From the NCBI GenBank assembly GCA_012295275.1, contig CM022678.1, positions 9,982,001 to 10,046,000 on the forward strand: a stretch of DNA of 64,000 bases, in the 5' to 3' direction. This document shows, in pieces, positions 1-14,752 of the stretch; the stretch's first letter is position 1, and each line of letters starts with the position of its first letter. The position numbers and the translations under genes are program-made. The notes under the pieces were generated by a model. The model was not told the origin of the DNA and did no database searches. It worked only from the letters and a program-made list of their open reading frames with translations. This DNA is from Chrysomallon squamiferum (lineage: Eukaryota > Animalia > Mollusca).

Positions 1-51
1 CACACACACACATACACACACACTACACACACACACACACACACACACACA

Positions 52-99
<48 letters not shown>

Positions 100-460
100 T
101 ACACACACACTACAACACAGAACATACACACACATACACACTACACACACACACATACACACATACACAATACACACACACATACACACATAACACACAA
201 ATAGACACACACACAAATACACACATACACAAATACATACACACATAATACACAAATACGCACATAATACAAAAACAGAAGATACACACACATACAGACA
301 TACACAAATACATACACACATAATACACAATTACGCACATAATACAAACCCACAGAAGATACACACACATACTGACATACACAAATATATACACATAATA
401 CAAACACATATACACATACATACAAACATACACAAATACATACATACATAATACAAACAA
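1..460. repeat. (CA)n-rich compound microsatellite
   Basis: Direct inspection. Confidence 0.95.
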
Positions 461-1041
461 ATTGTTCTTAAAAAAAAAATTAAGAATCAAAGTAGCCGTT
501 TTTCGGTCAATCTAAACCAAGTATTTATAAGTTTTGTAAATTATTTAACCATCAAAAAAGCTGGTGTTCTTAAAAAAAACGTTACATTTTCTGTAATCTA
601 ATCATGAACCTTTTTTCAAAACCGCAGGTTGATTTATTGATATGTTGTATGTATTTTATTATTATGTAGTCTACGGCCTGAGTGTAAGTAACGTTCAGTT
701 CAGTTCAGTGTGCATTTGTGTTTGTGAAACGTGTGCGTACGTGACTCACTCTTTCTTCGATGAATCAATCAATCAATCAATGAATAAATATGTATATAGT
801 AAAATATTTATTACGAGATTGTTGTTGTTTTTTTGTTCAGTTGTCTTCATTTCCGTTTGCGTTATGAGTGTTTAGTGCGTACACGGATAGTAGGAATGAA
901 TGTAGGCGTGTGTGTCTGTATGTCTGTGTGTCTGAAATCAGTGTCTGTGTCTTCCGTTCTCTGCCTTCCAGCTTGTCTCTTCATCTCCTGTCTTTCATTT
1001 GGATCGTCTCATTTTACAGAACCGTATTTTTGTAGTTTTTC

Positions 1042-2390
<1,349 letters not shown>

Positions 2391-2944
2391 TGTTAAATAT
2401 TAAATCAGTCTTTCTGTTGAAAAATACAAAAATTAGTTTTAACTGAAATGTTACATTGTCACTAATACTAATACTAATACTACTAATAAAAATAAAAATA
2501 ATTACACACTGTAAAATTATTAGCTAAAAAACAAAACTGATAAAACATACTCGTATTTTATTTTCTGAGTGTTTAGCATGGGTTACACTGGTAAATAATT
2601 TTAGAAACAACACGTTTCACTCTCTGAAATGTTTCAGCTGTTTTTCTTATTAGTGTTATGTGCAGTCGTCATAGCAGTTGTAGTAGTAGTAGTAGTAATA
2701 CTAGTGGTAATAAACAGCAAAAATAGCATTCGCAATATTGGTACAAGTAGTAGTAGTAGTAGTAGTTGTAGTAATAGTATTAGTGGCTGTAATAGTAATG
2801 GTGGTTACAGTAGCAGTAGTTGTGGTGGGTATTGGAAACAACAGTCGTTGTGGTAGTCATATTGTTATTGGGGTGATCGTTATCGTAGTATGCTAGTACA
2901 TGCAATATTGGTGGTTATGTTACTAACAATGCTTCATGTATATA

Positions 2945-3640
2945 AGCATTCTTCGTGCTTGTTTTATCTTTATCTCCTTTATGTGTATCAGTGTGTGTGT
3001 GTATATTTATGTAACTATATTTTGTGCGTGCTTTATCTTTATCTCCTTTATGTGTATCAGTGTGTACGTGTGTATCTATGTAAGTATACTTTGTGCGTGT
3101 TTTATCTTTATCTCCATTATGTGTATCAGAGTCTGTGTGTGTATATATGTAACTATATTTTGTGCGTGTTTTATCTTTAGCTCCTTTAGTGTATCAGTGT
3201 GTGTGTGTGTATCTATGTAAGTATCCTTTTTGCGTGTTTTATTTTTATCTCCATTATATGTATTAGTGTGTATAACTGTGTGTGTATCTATGTAAGTATA
3301 CTTTTGTGTGTGTTTTATCTTTATCTCCCTTTATATGTATTAGTGTGTGTATGTGTGTGTATGTATCTATGTAATTATATTTTTGTGCGTGTTTTATCTT
3401 TATCTCCATTATGTGTATCAGTGTGTGTGTGTGTATATATGTAAGTATTCTTTGTGCGTGTTTTATCTTTATCTCCTTTTATATATTGTGTGTGTATAAC
3501 TGTGTGTGTGTGTATGTAAGTATACCATGTGCGTGTTTTATCTTTATCACCGTTATGTGTATTAATGTGTATAACTGTGTGTTAATGTAAGTATACTTCG
3601 TGCGTGTTTTATCTTTTATTATCTTTATGTCCATTATGTG
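2945..3640. repeat. ~65-70-bp minisatellite with a variable (TG)n core; inverted paralog at ~30915-31500
   Basis: Recurring gtatctatgtaagtatactttgtgcgtgttttatctttatctccattatgtgtatcag. Confidence 0.85.
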
Positions 3641-3928
3641 TGTATGTGTGTGTGTATGTGTATGTATGTATGTGTGTGTGTGTATGTATGTGTATGTATG
3701 TGTATGTGTCTATGTGTATGTGTGTGTGTTTGTGTGTATGTGTGTATGTGTATGTATGTATGTGTTTGTATGTGTATGTGTGTGTGTATGTGTGTCTTTG
3801 TGTATGTGTGTGTGTGTGTGTGTGTGTATGTGTGTATGTGTGTGTGTGTGTGTGTTGTGTGCATGTGTGTGTGTATGTATGTGTGTGTGTGATGTGTGTG
3901 TATGTGTATGTTTATGTATGTGTGTGTA

Positions 3929-3965
<37 letters not shown>

Positions 3966-4393
3966 ATGTGTATGTGTGTATGTATGTGTGTGTGTGTATG
4001 TGTATGTATGTGTATGTATGTGTGTGTGTATGTGTGTATGTATTTGTTTGTATGATGTGCTAGCTGTTAATAATAAATTTATAATAAATCTCAACAGTGA
4101 ACTATGTTTGTTTGTTCTACACTGATATTATACACATTAATTATATTATACAGACAGACATACAGTTAGGTGAATATATAGGTAGCTATACAGACAAAGA
4201 GATCACGAAACAATGTAAAACAGTTTTAAAATTTTTTTTAAAAAGACATAAGAATTTTTGTCACAGAGCTTTTTATTATGATATAAATATTTTATTGCAG
4301 TTTTGTTTTACATTACAAATAAAGTATCACTAAAAAAATATACAAAATTTTAAAATTAAAATTAAATATTTAAAAATTTATATATGTAAAAGA

Positions 4394-4524
<131 letters not shown>

Positions 4525-4804
4525 AAGAGATGAAAAACTTGGGTGAAAATTTTCAAAAGTAAATCAGAGTCTGTTTTAAAGTGAAATCTATTTTGTAATT
4601 TAGCAAGGTTAAACGATAAAGTAATTCATAATAAATAAATAACATATTTAAAAATAAAAATAAAGAAAGTAAACAAATTAACTAAATTAATTACCTTACA
4701 GTAAATAAATAACTGATTTTCTGTTTATTTACAAGAAAGAAATGTCTGTGGACTTTCAACTTCAAAACAGTTCAGTGAAACTAACTTAGCAGACAGTTTG
4801 AAGT

Positions 4805-6297
4805 TTACTTTTTACACCACGTAAATATTTTTATTTCATTGTTATCAAACTTCCACGTAGAGTTTGTTGTCATCACAACAGACAAACCAAGGACTGGACA
4901 GTCCATCCTGGTCAGTGAGGATGTCACGTGTAATGTTACCATCTCGAGACAGCTGAACAACACAATTTCTATTTCCACTACAAACAAAAATATTTCCCTC
5001 CCTGTCACATGTAACACCTCCCAAGTCTCTCAGTTTGTCTGAATCACGTGACTTCCATTTGACGTCACCTGATGACGTCACACAAAATAAACTGTTTTCT
5101 CTCTGTGACACAACAATCAGACATTGATCGTGAACTGTGAGACTGTACGGACTGGGGATCAAATCTGTTGAGATAGAATTAATGAGCTGACCACTGTCTG
5201 TCAGTATGTCCAAGCACTGATTAAACCACCACCAGTGACCGCGAGACGGTTGCCAGGTAACACAGAGATAAACTCATACTTTGTTTACCAGTTGTAATTG
5301 TTTTTATCAGTTTGAAGTTTTCCAAATTTAAAAACAATATTTTATTTTCATCTGGCAGAGCAACGACAACAACAACATCACCCTGCTGACCACGTGACTC
5401 AGCAAGACCGCATGGACTAACAGGAAGTCACGTGTTTGTTTATCAGTGATTTTCTTGTTAAACAAAAACATTTTACACATTTATTGTTTCAATCACTAAC
5501 AACAATTTTACTCTTGTCCTCACCTGACACCAGGATGGAAAACACAAAAGGATTTGTTTTATCTTTTTATCTTCTTGTGTTTTTTGTTAATTGTGTCTGT
5601 GTGTTTTGTGTGTGTGTTTCTGTCTGTTTGTGTGTTTATCTGTGTGTCTGTGTGTTGTGTGTTTTTATGTTAATGGTGTCTGTGTGTTTGAGTGTGTCTG
5701 TCTGTCTGTCTATCTGTGTGTCTGTTTGGATGTTTGTGATTATTTCACCGATGTGTACAGAAATTTCTTTCTTTTTATCAGATTTTCTGAGATTTATTTT
5801 GAATTCTGCTTTTTCTATTTGTGAAAGAGATTTTGTCAGAAACTCGGAAGTTGTGTTTTGAAGTTTGGTGAATTTTGGAAGATTTGTTTTTATGTCTGAC
5901 TCTGATTTTTCTTTTAACAAATTTTCACCAAGTTTTATAAACTTTTCATTTTCATCAATCAGATGTTTGTGTTCTCTGAACAATTTTTCTATTTCTGAGT
6001 TTACAAAGTTCTGAGATTTTTCTATTTCTCTTATTAGCCTGTCTTGTTCTTTGTGGACTGCGGCTGTGAAATCTGTTATTAGTGTGTTACCAATCCTTCT
6101 GACCTCTTCTGTGGTGTCCACGACGTTGATGTCGACGGCTTGGCGAAGTTGCTCAATCTTATCATCCATCTCTGTCTGAAGAATTTCTTTAAAGGTTTTG
6201 AGACTCTCAGAAACAGAACTCAGAATTGAAATGTGGCCTCTCTTTTCATCTGAAATAAATAAATAAATAAATAAATAAATAAATGTTTAAATAATTA

Positions 6298-6329
<32 letters not shown>

Positions 6330-6871
6330 GAAGAGAAGAATAATAATAATAATAATAATAATAGATTGAGTGCTAATGCTATTAATAAAGATATGCGTAC
6401 AATTTGGAGTGTTAATGAATTTATTTTATCAACTAAATGTAAAATCTGGGTAGAAAATTGTTATAGATAAAATGTCCTCTATTTCTTTATGCTGCGATGG
6501 TTAATAAATAAATATTTATAGTTAAATAATCACTGTATCTTTTAAAATTATTTTATTGTAATCGACCTAAACACAGCTGACTCACAAAACTTTGAATGTT
6601 GTATTTTGTTAATGGCGTCCACCAGTGGCCTGTTAATAGAGAACTGAGCTGCCCATGTTTTCACTGGTTTCGTGCTATCTGGAATGTGGACATTCTGCCT
6701 GCATATCGGGCAGGAGATATGTTTGTCGTTGTTATGGTATTTTTTGCTGATGTAATTTTCAAGGCATTTAGAACAGAACGAGTGTCCACATAGAAGACTT
6801 CTGGGTTTATCGAAAACGTCCAAACAGAGCGAGCACGAAATACTGTCATCCGAGTTTGAAGCTGTTGCCAT
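4805..6871 (-). pseudogene. TRIM-like RING / coiled-coil / NHL-like beta-propeller gene, copy 1 (exons 6871-6586 and 6249-4805), disrupted as assembled
   Basis: ATG at 6871 follows a ttcacag acceptor. RING motif CSLC-x11-CGHSFCSKC-x17-CPIC. GTGAGT donor after 6586 and tttcag acceptor before 6249 join in frame (phase 1) to YEKRGHISILSSVSESLKTFKEILQTEMDDKIEQ. Ends ...IKIFTWCKK* at 4805. Relative to copy 3 there are frameshifts near 5660-5560, 5420, 5284, 5228 and 4850, and an in-frame TGA at 5491-5489. Confidence 0.85.
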
Positions 6872-6876
6872 ATCTG

Positions 6877-6990
<114 letters not shown>

Positions 6991-9845
6991 ATTCCACTAA
7001 ATTCATACGACCAATGGTATATACAAATAAATAAATGAAATGATAAATATATAAACTTGCGAATACAACACTGATAATATTATAAATAAACTAAAAAAAC
7101 CTGTTTGTTTATTTATTTATTTAGTCTTGTTTGTAAAATAAAAGTGCATTACGAACTTGCTAAATTTAACCTTGTGACGTCACTCTTAATTTGAGAAGGA
7201 AGACGACAGTCTGTTGTAAATTGCGGTCGACAAAACTAATATAATAAACGAAGTCGGCTGTAATAAATTATATGAAGCAAAGAAAAAAATCACAAAAAAA
7301 AAACACACCAACAAACTAAACATATGTGAGTATCCATGAATACTGCAAGTTAATTTATCACACCACTAGAAAAGAAATCGTTTCTCGCAATGTGACGAGC
7401 TACTTTTCTTGAAAACCATATACCTCGCACGATAAAGTAATCGTGGAATTGACTTTGAAAATAATGTTTTAAAATATCTGAGAACACGAATAATAATAAT
7501 AATAATAATAATAATACGAATAAGAATAATAATAAGAAGAAGAAGAAGAAGAAGAAGAAGAAAAGGAATAAATTTGACTTACTTAGTCTTGAGAAATGAA
7601 AATTTTAACAGCTGAAATAATGTGAACGCTTCTTCGTCTGCAATGTCAATTTACTCTTGCATTAGCGAAGCCCGGTTTTTACAGACGACACTTTCTGAGC
7701 GGAAGATACCAATTCAAAAAAAAAAAAGGGGTAGAAGCTTTGAAGTTTTCTATAAAAGTTTTGTTTCTTCTGATAAAAAATAATCGTGAAATGTTTTTCA
7801 TTCTTGTGGTTAAGTAAAAAGGATTAACATTAACAACTACCTTAACATAGTTTGTGTACTGAATTAATTTATAAAATGCTGGTTAGAGTCTATCACACAT
7901 GTAGTAATAATAGACACAGCGGCTAGCTTGAAGTGGGACAGAGAAAGATAATACATTTAGCCGCCAAAATTGTATCGTGTTTAAACTTGAACAGTGAACT
8001 GGCGGTATCAGGTCTTTTCGTAAGATATATATAAATAAACTCTAATAATGAAAAACAGCATACAAGGTGAATATATGATTTTAGGCACGTACACACAGTA
8101 GTAATAAAATAATAATAAATATATATCTCTTATCTGTATTAAATAGCTTTATTTCATTTTATTTCATTTTATTTAATATATATATATATATATATATATA
8201 AATTTCCGATCTAATAGTCGACAGTATGTATACATATCAATATTTCGGAATGTAATTTATGTACTTATACTTATCTCGCTCAGTCGGTATAAATGCTAAC
8301 ATACAAATAATAAAATATATAAAGAGACGCTTTTCATCTAAGAAAAGAAAGAAAGAAACTTTTTTCTACATACGTGTGTATGTATGTGTGTGTGTGTGTG
8401 TGTTATATCTGTGTAACAAATCTCAGTGAGTAAAAGTTATTATTTTCTGTCAGAGAGACTATTAGTATTAGTATTATATTTTGTATTTATATTTGTTTAA
8501 AGTTTCAATAATAAACTAGCTGGAATGGGTGTTTCTTACATATATCATTAATCACATTGAATAAAATACTCGAGCGAAAAGGAAGATGTTTTAAGTTACA
8601 CATCTACACAAACACAAATACACATACATACATACACACACACACACACATATACACATACATACCTACACCCACACATATAGACACACACACACATACA
8701 CATACATACAGAATACACAACGCACACAGTCACAAACAGAACACCAACACACATACACACAATGCACACGCACACACGTGTACACACTGACACACCAGTG
8801 TTCATACACTAAATGTACAGTTTAACAGAAGTTTACATTCTGTGTGTTTACCGAGGCGAAACATACTTGACTCTGTTTAGTCACGTTTTGAATTCACGCA
8901 GTTACACTGTCTACAGAGGAAGGTGGGTTTCAACAACAACAACAACAACAAAAAAATCGAACATATTTTATAATATTACAAAATAAAATAAAAACAACTC
9001 AATTATTTACGGGTGTTGGGAAAGCTAATTTAAAAAAAGGAATCAGTCAACTGAAACGTAGTTGGAGAAGAATAATTATATTACTGTAAGTTTTAAGTTG
9101 TGCATGTCTGTGTTACTGTCTCTCCGTGTGTGTGTGTATGTGCGTGCGTGTGTGTAAAACATATACGCCTTTGATGACACAGATTACACTGCAAAATGAC
9201 AGAACCAAAACAAGTGAGAAAAATATCTAACCGTAACCCGCTGTCAAAAGCTTGTCAAAACAAGGTCAGAATTTCGAGGTTCAGTAAGCTCTATTTCATA
9301 AAAGGGCCGACAGGACTGTGCAAAGATTACAAAGTATTAGATTCCTGTAGATATCAATGAAAGAATCGAAATCAAAGAGCAAGAGAAACCAGCTTAGACT
9401 GACAAATTTTTAAATATTCTTTTTTCTAGTGTTTATAGTTGTTTTTATTTTCTCTATTTCATATATAGATCACACTATCTTAAGTCTATACAATAATTAT
9501 TACTTTACTAAAATTGTCTACAGCTAGCAAACAGAAGAGAAATGTAACTACTAAAACACTGTAATGTTACTGATAATACTACAACGAATAATGCTACAAC
9601 AGCCACTGCAAAAACAAATACTGCAACTACAACTACTAGAACAACTGCTACTGTAGTAACTAATAATTCTACTACAGCTACTACAACGACTAATACTGAC
9701 ACTACAAGTACTACAACAGTTTTATGACTACTGCAACAATTAACAATGTAACTACGACTACAACGACGAATAATTCTGCTGCAAGTATTACAACAACTAA
9801 TACTAAAACTACTACAACAAACAATATTTCCACTACAACTATTAC

Positions 9846-9976
<131 letters not shown>

Positions 9977-10612
9977 AATCCAATTTTTATAAAACAAAAT
10001 GGAGTTCTTACCAGGTTGGATGTTTTCTAACAAAGAGATGACAATGAGGCTGTGTTACCGTAGAAACCAGTTTTTAGTTCTATGACACAAAGACACAAAT
10101 ACGTGATCTAATATACCCGCTTGAAGAGAACTTTGACCATCTCGTGATCGAGATAAAACTCAGGTGAGGTATTTCAGTTACAATGCATGGCCTGATTTAG
10201 TAAACTGAACAGATTTGATAACACTACTTCTAAGTCTAGCACTCCTACTACTACCATTCTGTTACTAGTGCTTCTAATACTACAGTTGTTCATTCTACTC
10301 CTGCTGCTACTAAAGATTTACTACTACAACTACTACTACTACTGTATCTATTTCTATAACAACTGCTGTTATTTATTATTGTTTTGTAAATTGAAATTTA
10401 TTTATGATCAAATGTTTCTTTGTTTAATATTAACAATATCATTTGTTAAATCTATTTATATTTAGTTGCATATGTTCAACTCGTGTATAATTAATTTATT
10501 ACTAAAACACATGCTAGTGATAACATGACCTACTTATCTGTTTTGTCAAGAGCAAAGTTTACTTGGTTATCTTAAATTATTAGACAGAGGCACCCTCAGT
10601 ACAAGTCAACTT

Positions 10613-10658
<46 letters not shown>

Positions 10659-10726
10659 AACACACACACACAAACGCACAGACACTCACACACTAAACAA
10701 ACACAAACACGTATATGCAGGTGTAT

Positions 10727-10815
<89 letters not shown>

Positions 10816-11426
10816 TATTCGGGCATATGCAGGATTAAGTTATAACAGAATAAACGTAATAGAAAATAGACACAACATAACATAACGTAACAAAACATAA
10901 CATAACATAACATAATATAATATAATATAATATAGGAAGCATAAAAACAACAAATTATTTTCACATTAACTTACATTTTCATAAGAAAATAACGAACTCG
11001 CACTTTCTAAAAATAGATCTTGGAATTTCCATATCATTTGCGAGGACTCAGTGTTTTCTGTGTAACTGAGTGGACTGTATATAAACGAGTTTTATCACTG
11101 CTGGAGAAAATTCTGAAAAATAATAAAAATTCACTGACAGAGACGTTTAGTTATTACATTTGTTTGTTTGTTTATTATTTTGTTAACTGATTTTTTCTTG
11201 CCCACATATTTGTTTGTTTATTATTTTGTTAATTGATTTTTCTTCTTCATATTTGTTTTTTTAAATTTTGTTAATTGATTTCTCTTCATTTTTTCTTACA
11301 AATACTATTTCTATTCTTACGAGTTTTTGTCAACTACTGTTACCATTTCTATTACACAACAACAACTACTACTATTACTATTGCTATTACAGCAACAACT
11401 ACTACTACTACTGCTACTACTACTAC

Positions 11427-11493
<67 letters not shown>

Positions 11494-11894
11494 TTATCGT
11501 GATAAAAGACGTAGTTGATACAAAACAAACATTGTTTATTTAAGCATATATCAGAACAGACTCACAGCGAACGCACACTGAATTATCTATGTACTTAGGA
11601 CAGACAGACAGACACAGAATTATCCCAGGTAGAGATCATCACCAGGTCTACACAAATAACCTCACATCCTAACAGCAGAGTTTTAATCTAATTATATCTG
11701 TGTGTTTATAGCAGTGACTTCTTCAATTTAGTTTTAAATCAGTTTTGGAATTTCAAACAGTCATTATTATTACTACTACTGCTGCTGATGCTGCTGCTGC
11801 TACTACTACTACTACTATAAATAATAATAATAATAATAATAATACTGCAGTAGTATTTCACGTATTGTGTTGATTTTGTTATGTAATATAGCAA

Positions 11895-12094
11895 NNNNNN
11901 NNNNNNNNNNNNNNNNNNNNNNNNNNNNNNNNNNNNNNNNNNNNNNNNNNNNNNNNNNNNNNNNNNNNNNNNNNNNNNNNNNNNNNNNNNNNNNNNNNNN
12001 NNNNNNNNNNNNNNNNNNNNNNNNNNNNNNNNNNNNNNNNNNNNNNNNNNNNNNNNNNNNNNNNNNNNNNNNNNNNNNNNNNNNNNNNNNNNNN
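11895..12094. other. Assembly gap (200 N)
   Basis: Run of 200 N. It falls where the 46-bp minisatellite begins in the homologous units. Confidence 0.99.
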
Positions 12095-13199
12095 AAATTA
12101 TAACTCTTTTTTTTCAAATTAATGATTATCCACTTATCCAAAAAAAACTGCGGTTATCTAACATAAATCTGGACACATAAAATAATTTCAATAAATAAAG
12201 CATTTAATGTGATAAGATATAATTAAAATGTTACTTTAATGTGAATTTGCTTCTGTTTATTTTATAAAAGACACAGGAGTGAAATTATATACTTGAAATA
12301 TATCTTGTAAATTTCCACAGTTAAATGTAACTAAAATAAACTTTTAATATCTAGCAGATATAATAAAAATAAAAGAAGAAAAAATATATATACTGAAAAT
12401 AGCATAAGAAAAATACTGGTTGGACACATACTTGTGTGTGAGTTTTTATTTCTGTGTATGAAAACAAGAACTGTATTTGTCTTTTCTGAACCTGGCTACA
12501 GCCTCAAATGTACTGATTCCTTCATCACATCAAAGATGAAACTTGAAAGTGTTTGAAATTCTAAAGTCTTCCCACATCAACAACAAGGACATCGTCTGTT
12601 CTAGAGCTGTGAGGATGATGGCAAAACCTGCCTCATGTCCAGTTTTATACATGACCCTCAACTGTCTTGTTACTGCCTTCAAAACAAAAATAATATAATA
12701 AATTAAATTAAATAAAGATAATAAATGGAATGTCGAATGCAATACAGCACATTATTAAGATTAGAGTATTGTTATTCTTAAGTGTATAACGATAATAAAA
12801 TACCATGAAAAAATAATTAAACAAACAGAAACAAAATATAATAATAACAGTAGTAATTAAATAAATAATTAAAAAATATAATATCGATGAAAAAATAAAA
12901 CATTGAATACAGCTTCATAATGAAGTTCATTATGACATCTACAAAACTTTTATTGACAGTTTTAATGTCTTTTTTATTTAGTTAAATTATATTACACTTC
13001 ATTTTACACCTTCACTTTTCTGTTTTGCAATCAAATATAATTCTTTAACATGCATGAGTAATATTAATCCACAATATTTTATTTTATTTTTATTTATTTG
13101 TTTATTCATTATTATTATTAAGAATCCTGAAGATTATTTATGTTACCTGCAATAAAACTAATATTAGGAAAAGAAATAAAACTACACAAATTATGCATA

Positions 13200-13667
13200 T
13201 ATGCATTATTTAAAAAAAAAATAAAAAAAATAATAAAAAATAAAAAATTAAAAGAATCATTATAATAATAATAATTATAATATAATAAATTTTAAAAAAA
13301 CTTATGACAAATAAAAAAGGTATTCACTTTCTCCAACTAATGAAATTCCAAAGCCTTTGTTAACAGTAACAAAATAGAACGTCTGCCTGTACACTTGTAT
13401 ACAGTCACTGATCGACGAGTGACACAACTTGACCTTTAACCCCACGTTTGTATCGTGTTCTAAAATGTGTCTGCACTTCCTGAACTCTGCCGTAAAAAAA
13501 AAAAAAAAAAAAAAAAAAAATTAGTAACTACTACTACTACTACTAATAATAATAAATAGCAAATTAAAAAAAAAAAATACAAAAACAAACGGAGATAGAG
13601 AGATAATGAGTAAGAAAGGAAGGAAGGAAAGATAAATAAAAATAAAATAAAAGAAGAACAAAAGATA

Positions 13668-13723
<56 letters not shown>

Positions 13724-14578
13724 GATGAAGTCGATGAAGAAGATGATGAACATAAATAAATAAATAAATAAATAAATATTACTAGTAATTTTGTCAGATG
13801 AAAAATCAGAGGCTGGCTAAGTTTAGTTAACAATGAACAACTCTTTTTCGCTTACTTGCAGAAAATGTAGTGTTTCACTACACATCCTCCGACCCCGTAC
13901 ATTCGTATCCAACAGAAATGAAATTGTGGAAACAGACTGACATTTGAAATGGTTTGACACCTGCAAATCATTCTAATATCGTTTTGTACGCGAACACTCG
14001 TTATCGCCGTATAAAGCACGAAGTGTAATAACGTTAAAAGTGGGTCAAGAGTTCACTCGCTGAAAACCATGTTTGTTTCACGAGCTTTGCGTGCGTCTTT
14101 TGTCCCAGTTTCAACAACTGATTTTATTTAAATACGGCGACAAGAATTTCCGTACAGCATGAGTGAAGAAGTATTAAGCTTTCAGAAAAAAAAAAAAGAC
14201 GAAGAAGAAGGAGAGAAAAGAAAACCAAAGGGTGACGTAGAAATAACGAGTGTTATAAATTGTAATAAAATATAAAAATAATAAACATTGTGTTAGAAAA
14301 TATTTTGTCCTGATTGGGGTTAGTGTGTTCTTGACGCCTGCAATAGTATGCATTATTTAAAAAAAAAAGTAAATCATAAAAAAAAATAAAAAATAAAAGA
14401 ATCATTATAATAATAATAATTGTTATAATATAATAATAATAAATTAAAAAAAAAAAAACTAATGACAAATAAAAAAGGTATTCACTTTCTTCAACTAATA
14501 AAATTCCAAAGCCTTTTTCAACAGTAACAAAATAGAACGTCTGCCTGTACTCTTGTATACAGTCACTGATCGACGAGT
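13200..14578. repeat. ~220-bp direct repeat pair (13200-13419 and 14348-14578)
   Basis: Both read atgcattattt...atgacaaataaaaaaggtattcactttct...tatacagtcactgatcgacgagt. Confidence 0.85.
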
Positions 14579-14644
14579 TTGTGTCGTGTAGTAAACTTTG
14601 AACTCTGCTTGTAATCCTTTTCTTTTTTAAAGAAAGAAAAAAGC

Positions 14645-14709
14645 GTGTGTTATTGTAGTTAAACTACTGAATTCGTCGAATCGAACATTTATTTCTTTGT
14701 TAATTTAAA

Positions 14710-14752
<43 letters not shown>

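Noticed and set aside
5489-5491. TGA at a Cys-aligned codon as selenocysteine
   Set aside because: No SECIS recognised, the copy has several other lesions, and the site is a variable loop. A nonsense change or miscalled TGG/TGT is simpler.
13200-14578. LTR or TRIM-type retroelement bounded by ~220-bp direct repeats
   Set aside because: No TG...CA termini, primer-binding site, polypurine tract or target-site duplication seen. A local duplication is more likely.
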